Source: Ignisphaera sp.
GTDB taxonomy: Archaea; Thermoproteota; Thermoprotei_A; Sulfolobales; Ignisphaeraceae
Assembly (NCBI GenBank): GCA_038821645.1
Contig: JAWBDT010000010.1
Coordinates: 1 to 63,093, forward strand
Reading direction: 5' to 3'
DNA length: 63,093 bases
This document shows, in pieces, positions 1 to 8,684 of the stretch. The position numbers and the translations under genes are program-made. Under the pieces are notes generated by a model. That model searched no databases. It had not been told where the DNA came from and worked only from the letters and a program-made list of their open reading frames with translations. Within the stretch, counting starts at the first letter, position 1, and the number at the start of each line of letters is the position of its first letter.

Positions 1-966
1 ACGGGGTTCTTCATGCACATCAATACCAATTCCATGACCAAGACCATGTAGAAAATATCTATGGAGATCCATCTTTTTGAAGATGTTCCTCACCTCTTCG
101 TCAATCTTATTGCATTCAGTACCTTCTCTAGCTAAGGATATTGCGTATTCTATTGCATCTTCAATAATATCTAAGATCTTGCTGTATTCGCTATTGATAT
201 TCTTTGGCATTATTATCCTAGTAATATCACATACATATCCCGATATCCTTACACCAAAATCTACCAATATAGGTTCTCTTCCAGTAAAAGACCTCTTTGA
301 GGGTATGTGATGTGGTTTAGCTGCATTCTCTCCAATAGCTATTATTGGACTAAAAGCGAATCCTTCTGCCCCTAACTTCCTAGCTTCATTTTCAACCAAT
401 GATGCTAACATTAATTCGTTAATACCTTGAGTGATATAAGGCATAACATTCTGTAAAGCTGTTTCTGCTATCTCTACCGCTTTCTTTATTATCTCGAGCT
501 CTTCTACCATCTTAGTTCGCCGTATCTTCCTAATTATCTTACCTATATCTATACATACCGTTTCTTCACATATCGATGTATCATCGATAGCCACACGCCT
601 ATATCGAGAAACTTTACCCATGGTTATACTATCGAGTGATGATTTCTCAACACATTTTATATCTTGAGGAATATCTGTACATGATGATAAAACCGAATAA
701 ATATTTACATCACTATCTCCGTAGATCTCCTGAATTCTATAGTGCTCAAGAGGAGAAACATATATATCGATAGAATTACTATTTAAGTCAAATAAAACTC
801 TATGTACAGCAATTTCCTCTGGTGGAGGATAATAAATTTCAGACAACATATATTTCAAAGAGTTTGTGTTTTTCAAAACAATGAAATCTACATCAAACCC
901 CAAAGTATCTGTTAAATACCTGGTGAGCCTATTCAATTTTAACTTAAACAGTACTATGAGACCCAC
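1..966 (-). CDS. Xaa-Pro aminopeptidase / M24 family peptidase (runs off window start)
   Basis: Manual translation of the minus strand gives ...RYFLHGLGHGIGIDVHEEPR at the edge (M24 metal-binding motif). Start is GTG at 966 or TTG at 936. Missing from the ORF track because it is truncated. Confidence 0.9.
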   Translation of the reverse strand, partial: MGLIVLFKLKLNRLTRYLTDTLGFDVDFIVLKNTNSLKYMLSEIYYPPPEEIAVHRVLFDLNSNSIDIYVSPLEHYRIQEIYGDSDVNIYSVLSSCTDIPQDIKCVEKSSLDSITMGKVSRYRRVAIDDTSICEETVCIDIGKIIRKIRRTKMVEELEIIKKAVEIAETALQNVMPYITQGINELMLASLVENEARKLGAEGFAFSPIIAIGENAAKPHHIPSKRSFTGREPILVDFGVRISGYVCDITRIIMPKNINSEYSKILDIIEDAIEYAISLAREGTECNKIDEEVRNIFKKMDLHRYFLHGLGHGIGIDVHEEPR

Positions 967-1085
967 CTAAATAGTGATGAAGTTGTTCTAGAAACAAAAA
1001 GTTTATGTAGCTGAATAAAAACTGTTATGTTAAGCAACAAAGTGTGTTCAGTAACTGTTGCCAAGAATAGTGATGGTGTATAGCG

Positions 1086-1301
1086 ATGCATATAGACAGA
1101 AGAGCCGTCAATGTATGTCCAAAATGCAAAAATAATTTAAGATTAGTAATAGAATCAGAAAACAAACCAAAGACTGTGTTCATGAAATACACATACGTAT
1201 GTGATGTATGTAGATTTAAGAAAATTATTGAAAGTATGATCATAAAGATGGATGGCAATAAGATCATAATCACTAAGAAAGTTGGTGAAAACTTGAGTTG
1301 A
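1086..1301 (+). CDS. small zinc-ribbon protein
   Basis: CPKC...CDVC pairs; GGTG upstream. Confidence 0.7.
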   Translation: MHIDRRAVNVCPKCKNNLRLVIESENKPKTVFMKYTYVCDVCRFKKIIESMIIKMDGNKIIITKKVGENLS

Positions 1302-1370
1302 AATAATTTTTGTACTCTATATCGGATCTACCTTAACTTTATATACACTAAAACTAAATTATGAGACGAG

Positions 1371-2066
1371 TTGGTGATACACGTAATGAATGGTAAGGCA
1401 ACATCTATAGCATTAACAATCTTACCTTTACTGTTCTTCTCAATAGTTTCAACATTTCTACCAAGAGAAAATCTATGGATAGTATTTCTCTTATACACCA
1501 TAGCTTTGATAACCTTAATGAGTTTGATGCCTAGGATTAGATCTAGAAAAATTACTTCAGGATCCAAAGGAACTCTTCTATTTAGATGTGATGAAAAAGC
1601 CGTTATGGATATAGTTATGCGTGACCAGGAATTGTTTAACGAGATAAGAAAACAGATGAGAAGCACATTTATATTTATGATGGTGCCATTCATACTATGG
1701 TTTATAATAATACCTCCGTTATCAAATATACTGATTATCGATTCAGCACCATATCTAGAGAAGTTTTTGCGTTACCTTGCTTTCTATGGTATTATGTGGG
1801 GCATGATGTATGGACTAAGGTACATACTTATGCCCAAGAGGATTGTGATACCTTTAACTAGGTATGAGGTACTTTCTACAGGTATTCGTTATGCTAATGT
1901 CTGGATTCCATTCCCTATGGATAAGAATAGATATAGTGTTAGAGTAGATCATAAGAAAGGTTATATAGAGATTCATGACAAAAACTCAAAACAAGTGTAT
2001 AGACTCTATACAACTGATACGTATAAGCTTCAATCAATAGTTGAGAAATATGGTTTCAGTTCATGA
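1371..2066 (+). CDS. conserved crenarchaeal membrane protein (DUF2208-like)
   Basis: About four TM segments and a soluble beta-rich C-terminus; family from recall. Confidence 0.6.
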   Translation: MVIHVMNGKATSIALTILPLLFFSIVSTFLPRENLWIVFLLYTIALITLMSLMPRIRSRKITSGSKGTLLFRCDEKAVMDIVMRDQELFNEIRKQMRSTFIFMMVPFILWFIIIPPLSNILIIDSAPYLEKFLRYLAFYGIMWGMMYGLRYILMPKRIVIPLTRYEVLSTGIRYANVWIPFPMDKNRYSVRVDHKKGYIEIHDKNSKQVYRLYTTDTYKLQSIVEKYGFSS

Positions 2067-2263
2067 GCTATTCTTTGTGGAAGCCTACCAATATAACTAA
2101 TAATGATGTTTATGATGTAAGTAATCTATTAATCAATATACTCTTTACATCAATCAGTAAAGTTCCTCAACTCGTTCTAATTCTATCAATATTATCGATA
2201 GTTTTGATAGCTACAGGAATTTATTTACTCGAAATGGAGAAATTTGGTAATAAAGATGGATAG
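2063..2263 (+). CDS. small membrane protein
   Basis: ATGA overlap with upstream gene; one hydrophobic segment. Confidence 0.5.
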   Translation: MSYSLWKPTNITNNDVYDVSNLLINILFTSISKVPQLVLILSILSIVLIATGIYLLEMEKFGNKDG

Positions 2264-2313
2264 AAGATAATCTGAATATAACCACTTATAGCAAACATAA
2301 CTGTTCTTGTCAT

Positions 2314-2865
2314 CTATATCGGGTTTTGAATTTCAGCAACTCTAATATTCTTAAATACACAAGATCTTGCAACACTAAGAATTGCTACTTTTTGCCATCT
2401 CCTAATCGATATACTTCTTATATAGATAACCCATTGCGGATTCTTTAAGTCTACTTTACGATCTATGTCTTGTGCTATAATCCTTATAGCATCAATACTA
2501 TGCATTTTAACAAGTCTACCTCTTTCATCAACTGTGTAGAGATGGCCATGAAGTGTTATTCTAAATGTAGCATCAATAGGTATCCTCTTTAATGCATATT
2601 CTCTAGCAATAGCTGCTACTTTATCCACTATAGGATCTACGACTTCATCCACAGGTATGATTCTATGTATAGGTGTTTCCTTACCATCTATGCATACCCT
2701 TAAGTTATACCAGAAAGTATAGGGATCTTGAACATTTAGTAGAATTATAGAGCTTCTAACCTTTGCTACAACATAAGATGTGCCTATACAGCTATTAAGT
2801 TGCGAAAATACCCAATCACTATTGTTTATTCCAGGCTCATATGTTATAACAACATTAAATTTCAT
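2314..2865 (-). CDS. THUMP-domain RNA-binding protein
   Basis: RIIPVD, TFRITL and KVDLKNP motifs. Confidence 0.85.
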   Translation of the reverse strand: MKFNVVITYEPGINNSDWVFSQLNSCIGTSYVVAKVRSSIILLNVQDPYTFWYNLRVCIDGKETPIHRIIPVDEVVDPIVDKVAAIAREYALKRIPIDATFRITLHGHLYTVDERGRLVKMHSIDAIRIIAQDIDRKVDLKNPQWVIYIRSISIRRWQKVAILSVARSCVFKNIRVAEIQNPI

Positions 2866-2867
2866 AT

Positions 2868-3293
2868 CTAACGCCTCAGAATCTTTACATAAATTATGCT
2901 TGTTCTAGGGACTATTACAGCTCTATTACCTTGTACAATACCTATCTCACTTCTAGTAAGTTTCATAACCCTGCCGCTGACTTCTCCACCATTAACAAGT
3001 TTTATAGCTACCTCTGACCCTATGAAATCTTCATCTAAAACATACTCAGATTCACAGCATTCTCCATGTCCATGGATATCACTTAAACCTGTAGCTATAT
3101 AAAGTATAGAGCTCCTAGGAATTATCACAGGACTTCCTTCTACAACCATCCCTATCTCGTTTTGTGAAACCTCATCTACTAAACCAAGAAGCTTCTCACC
3201 ATCTAATGTGTATAACTCGAGACTCCTACCCTCAAATCTGCTATCTAGTACCGTAATGGGTCTTCTTCTCTGATGGTACGACACCTTCTGCAC
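2868..3293 (-). CDS. tandem Sm/Lsm/Hfq-like domain protein
   Basis: Two ~55-aa repeats (LDxxFxG..L.L..G..G.V......EIG.V.G...I.PR.SI.Y) joined by HGHGECCE. Confidence 0.6.
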   Translation of the reverse strand: MQKVSYHQRRRPITVLDSRFEGRSLELYTLDGEKLLGLVDEVSQNEIGMVVEGSPVIIPRSSILYIATGLSDIHGHGECCESEYVLDEDFIGSEVAIKLVNGGEVSGRVMKLTRSEIGIVQGNRAVIVPRTSIIYVKILRR

Positions 3294-3386
3294 CTTTAAG
3301 AAAGAGAATCACAACAGAATATTTAAGTTGATTAGAGCTCTAACGAGTTTTGTGTTAGGTAATCCTGCTTCAGTACGTGACTACTT

Positions 3387-4139
3387 ATGTCTAATGTGAA
3401 GGATATTAAGGCTAGAATTAGAGAAAAAGTTTGGAGGACTCTAGAGGAGAAGAACATAGCATTATTCCCAAGACCAGTATATCACAGGATACCAAATTTT
3501 GTTGGAGCAGATGTAGCCGCACGTAGACTCTCTCACCTTGATGTATTTATGAAGGCACGTGTAGTGAAGGTTAATCCCGATTCTCCTCAAAAACATGTAC
3601 GATATCTAGCTCTACTACAGAATAAGATTGTGATCATGCCTACACCACGCATAAGGAATGGATTTATTCTGCTCGATCCATTGAAAATACCTAGAGATAA
3701 GATTGCTGAAGCTAGCACAATATCTGGCGCCTATAGATATGGAAGCCCTGTAGATCTATTATCGTTACCTAAGATAGACCTAGTTGTAATAGGTTCCGTA
3801 GCTGTTAACGCTAGTGGTGCACGTCTTGGTAAAGGAGAGGGTTATGCTGAAATTGAGTATGCTATTCTTAGATCATTATGTAAAATAGATGAAAATACCT
3901 ATGTTGTTACAACAGTTCACGATGAACAGATAGTTGATGACTATATACCTATTGAAGAACATGATGTAGGTGTTGATATTATTGTTACCCCAACTAAAAC
4001 TATATCCATAATCCCTAGACCAAGAAAACCTAAAGGAATCATATGGAATATTCTCCCAGACAAGAAGTTTATTGAGATTCCGATACTTAAGGAGCTTAGA
4101 ACAATTTTAAAGAACGAAAAAGCTATAACTTGTAACTAA
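3387..4139 (+). CDS. 5-formyltetrahydrofolate cyclo-ligase family (MTHFSD-like)
   Basis: RIPNFVGA, VKVNPDSPQ, GARLGKGEGY, HD motifs. Confidence 0.9.
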   Translation: MSNVKDIKARIREKVWRTLEEKNIALFPRPVYHRIPNFVGADVAARRLSHLDVFMKARVVKVNPDSPQKHVRYLALLQNKIVIMPTPRIRNGFILLDPLKIPRDKIAEASTISGAYRYGSPVDLLSLPKIDLVVIGSVAVNASGARLGKGEGYAEIEYAILRSLCKIDENTYVVTTVHDEQIVDDYIPIEEHDVGVDIIVTPTKTISIIPRPRKPKGIIWNILPDKKFIEIPILKELRTILKNEKAITCN

Positions 4140-4166
4140 TTCACCTAATTCTGGTGAAAAACATTT

Positions 4167-5597
4167 GTGTCAATAGCTCTATACAATACATTAACTAAGA
4201 GAATTGAGCCACTAGAGCCTCTAGATAGATACACAGTTAAAGCTTATTTCTGTGGACCTACAGTCTACGACCATACACATCTAGGTCACATAAGAGCCTA
4301 CCTAGCATTTGACTTTATAAAGAGATACATTGTAGCTAAAGGTTATAGCTTCATCCATGTGCAGAATATCACAGATATAGATGATAAGATAATAAAACGG
4401 TCACAAGAAGAGGGTACGACATGGAATGCTATAGCTGAACGTTATACTAGAGAATATCTAGAGGTATTAAAAGCATTAAACATAAATGTAGATATTCATC
4501 CAACAGTATCTTCACATATAAACGAAATAATAGAATTTGTCCAAAAACTTGTAGACAAGGGATATGCTTATGTAGCACCTAGCGGTTCTGTATATTTCGA
4601 TCTATCTGTAGTTACTAATTACGGAAAACTTTCAGGTAGAATATCATCTGATGAATGGAGACAAGAAGAAGAATATCTTCATGAGAAGAGACATCCATAT
4701 GATTTCGCTCTATGGAAGGCATCCAAACCTGGTGAACCTTGGTGGGAATCTCCATGGGGTAGAGGTAGACCTGGATGGCATACAGAATGCGCCGTCATGA
4801 GCAGTAAATATCTAGGACCTCAATTCGATATACATGGTGGAGGCCAAGATCTGATATTTCCGCATCATGAAAACGAGATAGCTATGGCTGAAGCAGCTTT
4901 TGGTATCAAGCCATGGGTCAGATATTGGATACATGTAGGCTACCTCACGATTCGTGGAGAGAAAATGAGTAAAAGCCTTGGCAACATCATTTATGCTAAA
5001 GAAGCTATAGATAAATGGGGTGCTGAAGTCCTTAGGCTGTGGACCTTTTCTGCACATTACAGAAAACAGATAGAATTCAATGAAGATATTCTTAACCAGT
5101 ATCGCGAAGTACATAAAAGGTTAGTACTTGCTACTGAATCTCTAAAGAAAATTATCAGAAGCTCTAATGCTTCTCATAAGCTTAGCGATTCCGAGATAAG
5201 TGTGTTAAAGCTCTTGGAAGAAATAAATATGCAGTTCCATGAATCTATGTCTAATGATTTCAACACCCCGAAAGCTATGGAGGCTCTGAATAGCCTTATA
5301 ACAACAGTATTTAGAGATATTGAACCTAAGGAAAACCAGGCTCTAGCTTTGCGTGCTTATTCTATTCTATATAGTATAGACAAAGTTGTGGGAGTATTAG
5401 ATAAGTATCTCGGTGAAAAGATTGAACTAGATATACAGCTTGTTGAAAAACTTGTTGACCTTATTCTTAGAATTAGAACAGAGCTTAGAAAGAGAAAAGA
5501 TTATGAGATAAGTGATAGAATAAGAGAAGAGCTACTTAAGTTAGGGATAAGGGTATTTGATTATAAAGAAGGAAGTAAATGGGTATTTGAAAAATGA
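4167..5597 (+). CDS. cysS: cysteine--tRNA ligase
   Basis: CGPTVYD, HLGH, GRPGWHTEC, DLIFPHHENE, KMSKS. Confidence 0.98.
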   Translation: MSIALYNTLTKRIEPLEPLDRYTVKAYFCGPTVYDHTHLGHIRAYLAFDFIKRYIVAKGYSFIHVQNITDIDDKIIKRSQEEGTTWNAIAERYTREYLEVLKALNINVDIHPTVSSHINEIIEFVQKLVDKGYAYVAPSGSVYFDLSVVTNYGKLSGRISSDEWRQEEEYLHEKRHPYDFALWKASKPGEPWWESPWGRGRPGWHTECAVMSSKYLGPQFDIHGGGQDLIFPHHENEIAMAEAAFGIKPWVRYWIHVGYLTIRGEKMSKSLGNIIYAKEAIDKWGAEVLRLWTFSAHYRKQIEFNEDILNQYREVHKRLVLATESLKKIIRSSNASHKLSDSEISVLKLLEEINMQFHESMSNDFNTPKAMEALNSLITTVFRDIEPKENQALALRAYSILYSIDKVVGVLDKYLGEKIELDIQLVEKLVDLILRIRTELRKRKDYEISDRIREELLKLGIRVFDYKEGSKWVFEK

Positions 5598-5917
5598 TCT
5601 GTAGCATATTATCAGAAGAACAATCTGATACCATTATGAATGAACTTGTTAACATAGTTGCTCAACAAACACGAATAATTAGATCAGAATTCTTTACACT
5701 GATATTTATATCAGATAATGTTAACAATGTGTTTATGCATAGAGATATATTCACAAGGTATATAGATATTGGTGTTAGAGTGTATATAGAGAATTGTGTA
5801 GAGAAGATTTACAGTATTCTAAAGGGCTGTAGATACATATATGTATCATCTAAAGATTATAGAGCTATTGAAGTTCTGAAAAAATTCAAAGATCTACAGA
5901 CAATATACATTATATAG
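5594..5917 (+). CDS. hypothetical protein
   Basis: 107-aa ORF overlapping the cysS stop (ATGA). Confidence 0.6.
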   Translation: MICSILSEEQSDTIMNELVNIVAQQTRIIRSEFFTLIFISDNVNNVFMHRDIFTRYIDIGVRVYIENCVEKIYSILKGCRYIYVSSKDYRAIEVLKKFKDLQTIYII

Positions 5918-5926
5918 CGGTCCCTA

Positions 5927-5971
5927 TCGCTCCACCTCCATCATCAATCAGTACTGCTCCTAGGTCATCCC
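5927..5971 (-). ncRNA. candidate box C/D sRNA
   Basis: Minus strand GGGATGA-13nt-CTGA-T-TGATGA-10nt-GCGA; inner boxes canonical, outer boxes degenerate. Confidence 0.5.
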
Positions 5972-6002
5972 AATAATATTCAATACTCTACAGGGATTAT
6001 AT

Positions 6003-6284
6003 GTGTATCCGATGTTTTGTGAACTATGCGGAGAAAGAGCTTCACGTTACAGATGTAACGTATGTGGAAGATATGTTTGCGAAAAACACTACAATTCTTT
6101 GAGAAAGCGTTGTTTTTTATGTATAGATAGTGAATGTAGCATATGCCGCAATTTTCTATCAATAGGTAACTGTATGATATGTGGACGCAAGATCTGTAGT
6201 TCATGTTCTATCGATATAGATGGTGTTAGAAGGATATGTACATATTGCTTAATTAGTTCTAAACCCAAGAGATTCTCTAGATGA
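6003..6284 (+). CDS. Cys-rich multi-zinc-finger protein
   Basis: Seven CxxC and one CxxH pairs in 93 aa. Confidence 0.8.
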   Translation: MYPMFCELCGERASRYRCNVCGRYVCEKHYNSLRKRCFLCIDSECSICRNFLSIGNCMICGRKICSSCSIDIDGVRRICTYCLISSKPKRFSR

Positions 6285-6331
6285 TGAGTTCAAGACGGAA
6301 TGATATTAATGATTTAAACTCCCCGAACTGA
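6281..6331 (+). ncRNA. box C/D sRNA
   Basis: C box ATGATGA 6281-6287, D' ATGA 6300-6303, degenerate C', D box CTGA 6328-6331; guide TTCAAGACGG complements the conserved LSU rRNA sequence CCGUCUUGAA. Confidence 0.8.
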
Positions 6332-6361
6332 TGAAAACATATAACAGATGTGTGAAGAAAA

Positions 6362-7192
6362 ATGGTAACAAGTGTTACTCCTTGTGGTATTATAGCTATT
6401 CTGACTGATTTTGGATTAAATGATCCTTATGTAGCTATGATGAAGGCTGTAGCACTTGATATATGTCCGTATGTTAAGATTGTAGATATTGTTCATACCG
6501 TTAATAGTTTCGATATAGAGGGTGCAACTTTCGTGCTATACATTACGTATAGATACTTTCCCAGAGGTACAGTATTTGTTGCAATAGTTGATCCTGGTGT
6601 TGGAAGCAGTAGAAAAGCTATAGCAATAGCTACTAAAAACTATATCTTTATAGGTCCTGATAATGGATTGTTAGTACCATCGGCAAGAGATGATGGTATT
6701 GTTTCAGTATACCTAATAGAGAATGATAGATACTTTAGAAAACCTACCTCCAAATCATTTCACGGGAGAGATATATTCATGCCTATTGCTTCACATATTG
6801 TTTGTGGTCTTCCTCTAGATAATATCGGAAGAAAGATAGAGCCTCAATCTCTAGTTGATCTAGATCTAGATGTAGACTATATAGAGAAATCAGGTAACTG
6901 TGTAAAGCTCAAAGCAATATACATAGATAAATTCGGTAATATAGTGCTCTCAACATCTTTCAGTAAACTTAAGCAGCTTCTTGAAGTAGACATAGGCACT
7001 AAAATATCGTTAATTACTAATGATAGAAAGTTTGTAACAGAAATAGCAGAAGTATTCTCCCTAGCTCCTAAAGGCTCAATAATTTTGTATGAAAATAGTT
7101 TTGGATTTGCTGAACTAGCTTTAAATCAAGGTTCAGCTCAAAATATTCTAAATATAAATAGAAGTGAAACAATACTGTTGTGTAAGGACTAA
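6362..7192 (+). CDS. SAM hydroxide adenosyltransferase (DUF62, chlorinase/fluorinase family)
   Basis: LTDFG, VDPGVG, GPDNG, SFHGRD, IDKFGN. Confidence 0.93.
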   Translation: MVTSVTPCGIIAILTDFGLNDPYVAMMKAVALDICPYVKIVDIVHTVNSFDIEGATFVLYITYRYFPRGTVFVAIVDPGVGSSRKAIAIATKNYIFIGPDNGLLVPSARDDGIVSVYLIENDRYFRKPTSKSFHGRDIFMPIASHIVCGLPLDNIGRKIEPQSLVDLDLDVDYIEKSGNCVKLKAIYIDKFGNIVLSTSFSKLKQLLEVDIGTKISLITNDRKFVTEIAEVFSLAPKGSIILYENSFGFAELALNQGSAQNILNINRSETILLCKD

Positions 7193-7194
7193 CA

Positions 7195-7269
7195 GGGGCC
7201 GGGGGTGGCCCGCCCCGTGCACATAGAGCCCCGTGACAACGGGACCATATTTACACGGGCACCGAGGCT
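7195..7269 (-). ncRNA. unidentified GC-rich structured RNA
   Basis: GC island in AT-rich intergenic DNA; long hairpin whose G-U pairs work only on the minus strand; TTTATTTA 22 nt upstream. Confidence 0.7.
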
Positions 7270-7290
7270 AGAAATAACTTTCTCACCCAG

Positions 7291-7306
7291 TAAATAAATT
7301 TATCTA
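7291..7306. promoter_or_regulatory. back-to-back TATA elements for two divergent ncRNAs
   Basis: TTTATTTA (minus, 7291-7298) and TTTATCTA (plus, 7299-7306), each about 22-24 nt from an RNA 5' end. Confidence 0.5.
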
Positions 7307-7330
7307 CTTTCACAAAACTTTCGAAATTAG

Positions 7331-7379
7331 ATGATGAATGACTCCAATACCGATAGATGACGATCTCAACCCTTACTGA
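7331..7379 (+). ncRNA. box C/D sRNA
   Basis: ATGATGA-12nt-CCGA-3nt-ATGACGA-12nt-CTGA; canonical archaeal dual-guide spacing. Confidence 0.85.
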
Positions 7380-7769
7380 AATCAAGTAAAGTTTGTAATA
7401 TGATTAGACATCTTATATGATAAAGAGACCGATATTCAGGATTTTAAAGTAGAATATATATAATGTATTAACATATTATTGTTTTAATATATTGTTACTC
7501 TATCAACTTAATTCTTATTACTTAATCAAAAGCTTAGACCATTGGTTCAATCTATATCATTAACTACGTCTTGCACTATTTATCTATGTTAATAATCTAA
7601 TTCTTATACTTCATCAGATGCCATTAACTGGTAAGGGAGAATCTATACCAGTATTTTCCTCATTTACTAACACTATATCCAGAAATTATTTTGAATAACA
7701 TAAACCTATGAATACCTCTATTCAAGAGACTAATCTCTACAGCTAAAAGAAATGTTCTTTAGAGTAACA

Positions 7770-8210
7770 TTAATACACCATGTTATTACATTTAACATTA
7801 TACTCTCCATACTTCTTCATCAACTCAATAACATGTACACCATTACCTAGAAAATCTGCCTTCTTGATTATATGAAAATCGTTTCCAGTATACATCACTA
7901 CACCTATGGGTCCTCCTATTTTCTTCACGATCCATGGATAGAGAATTACGGGAACAACAACATACAGGTAATCAGCTATATGAATCCTTTTACTAAGCTG
8001 ATCAATAAGCATTATTTTAGGTCTCGTCTTTATCTCATATACATGAACTAAAGGCCTATCCATAGCAGGTTCTATAGCTAGAACATCTATTTCTATTCCA
8101 TTTAGCTTTATATTACCATGAACCTTATATCCAAGACTACAAAGCTTATCTATGAATAATCTTGCAATAACTTCTTCATTCAACTTGAATTTATTCAGCT
8201 TCAGCACCAC
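7770..8210 (-). CDS. PD-(D/E)XK nuclease superfamily protein
   Basis: N-terminal helix EE, EIDVLA and VYEIK motifs. Confidence 0.7.
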   Translation of the reverse strand: MVLKLNKFKLNEEVIARLFIDKLCSLGYKVHGNIKLNGIEIDVLAIEPAMDRPLVHVYEIKTRPKIMLIDQLSKRIHIADYLYVVVPVILYPWIVKKIGGPIGVVMYTGNDFHIIKKADFLGNGVHVIELMKKYGEYNVKCNNMVY

Positions 8211-8418
8211 AAAAACGAAGATTATTCGGAATTAAATGTCACACAGTTAAAACAAACTAGAACTTGTTAACATTTTAACATTTAAAATATTCATTTATAA
8301 ACATACACTAGTTAATACCTATGGAAAGAAACGATCAAAGTAAACTAGGTATTACTTGACCCAAACTTAGTAAATTATGACTCATAACCTTATTATATCA
8401 GGTGGTAACAATATAACA

Positions 8419-8598
8419 ATATAGGTGTGGGTCAGACCTACTGTAATGTAGTGGTTTAATATTGAGTAAATAGATGTATATCACCAGGTGAACCTACCTC
8501 AAGGGTGGTAAAGCCCTAGGGGTAGGTTTATCTGGTGATATACATCTATTTACTCAATATTAAACCACTACATTACAGTAGGGACTATACATTTGTAT
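8419..8598 (+). repeat. long inverted repeat / putative hairpin ncRNA
   Basis: 8437-8487 is the exact reverse complement of 8532-8582 (51 bp); pairing extends inward and outward with G-U pairs on the plus strand. Confidence 0.9.
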
Positions 8599-8684
8599 CT
8601 AGTGTTTTTGTACCTTCTATATACAATATATTATCAACTAGCTTGTTACTGATATCATGATTCATGATAATAAGGTAATTATTT

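Noticed and set aside
974-1014. GTGATGA...CTGA resembling a C/D sRNA
   Set aside because: Too short, no C'/D' boxes, AT-rich, lies in a divergent promoter region
7195-7269. Possible tRNA, tRNA half, 5S, SRP or RNase P RNA
   Set aside because: No T-loop, D-loop or other family consensus; kept as an unassigned ncRNA
7614-7663. Minus-strand ATGAGGA...CTGA with a small internal hairpin
   Set aside because: No internal boxes or recognisable guide
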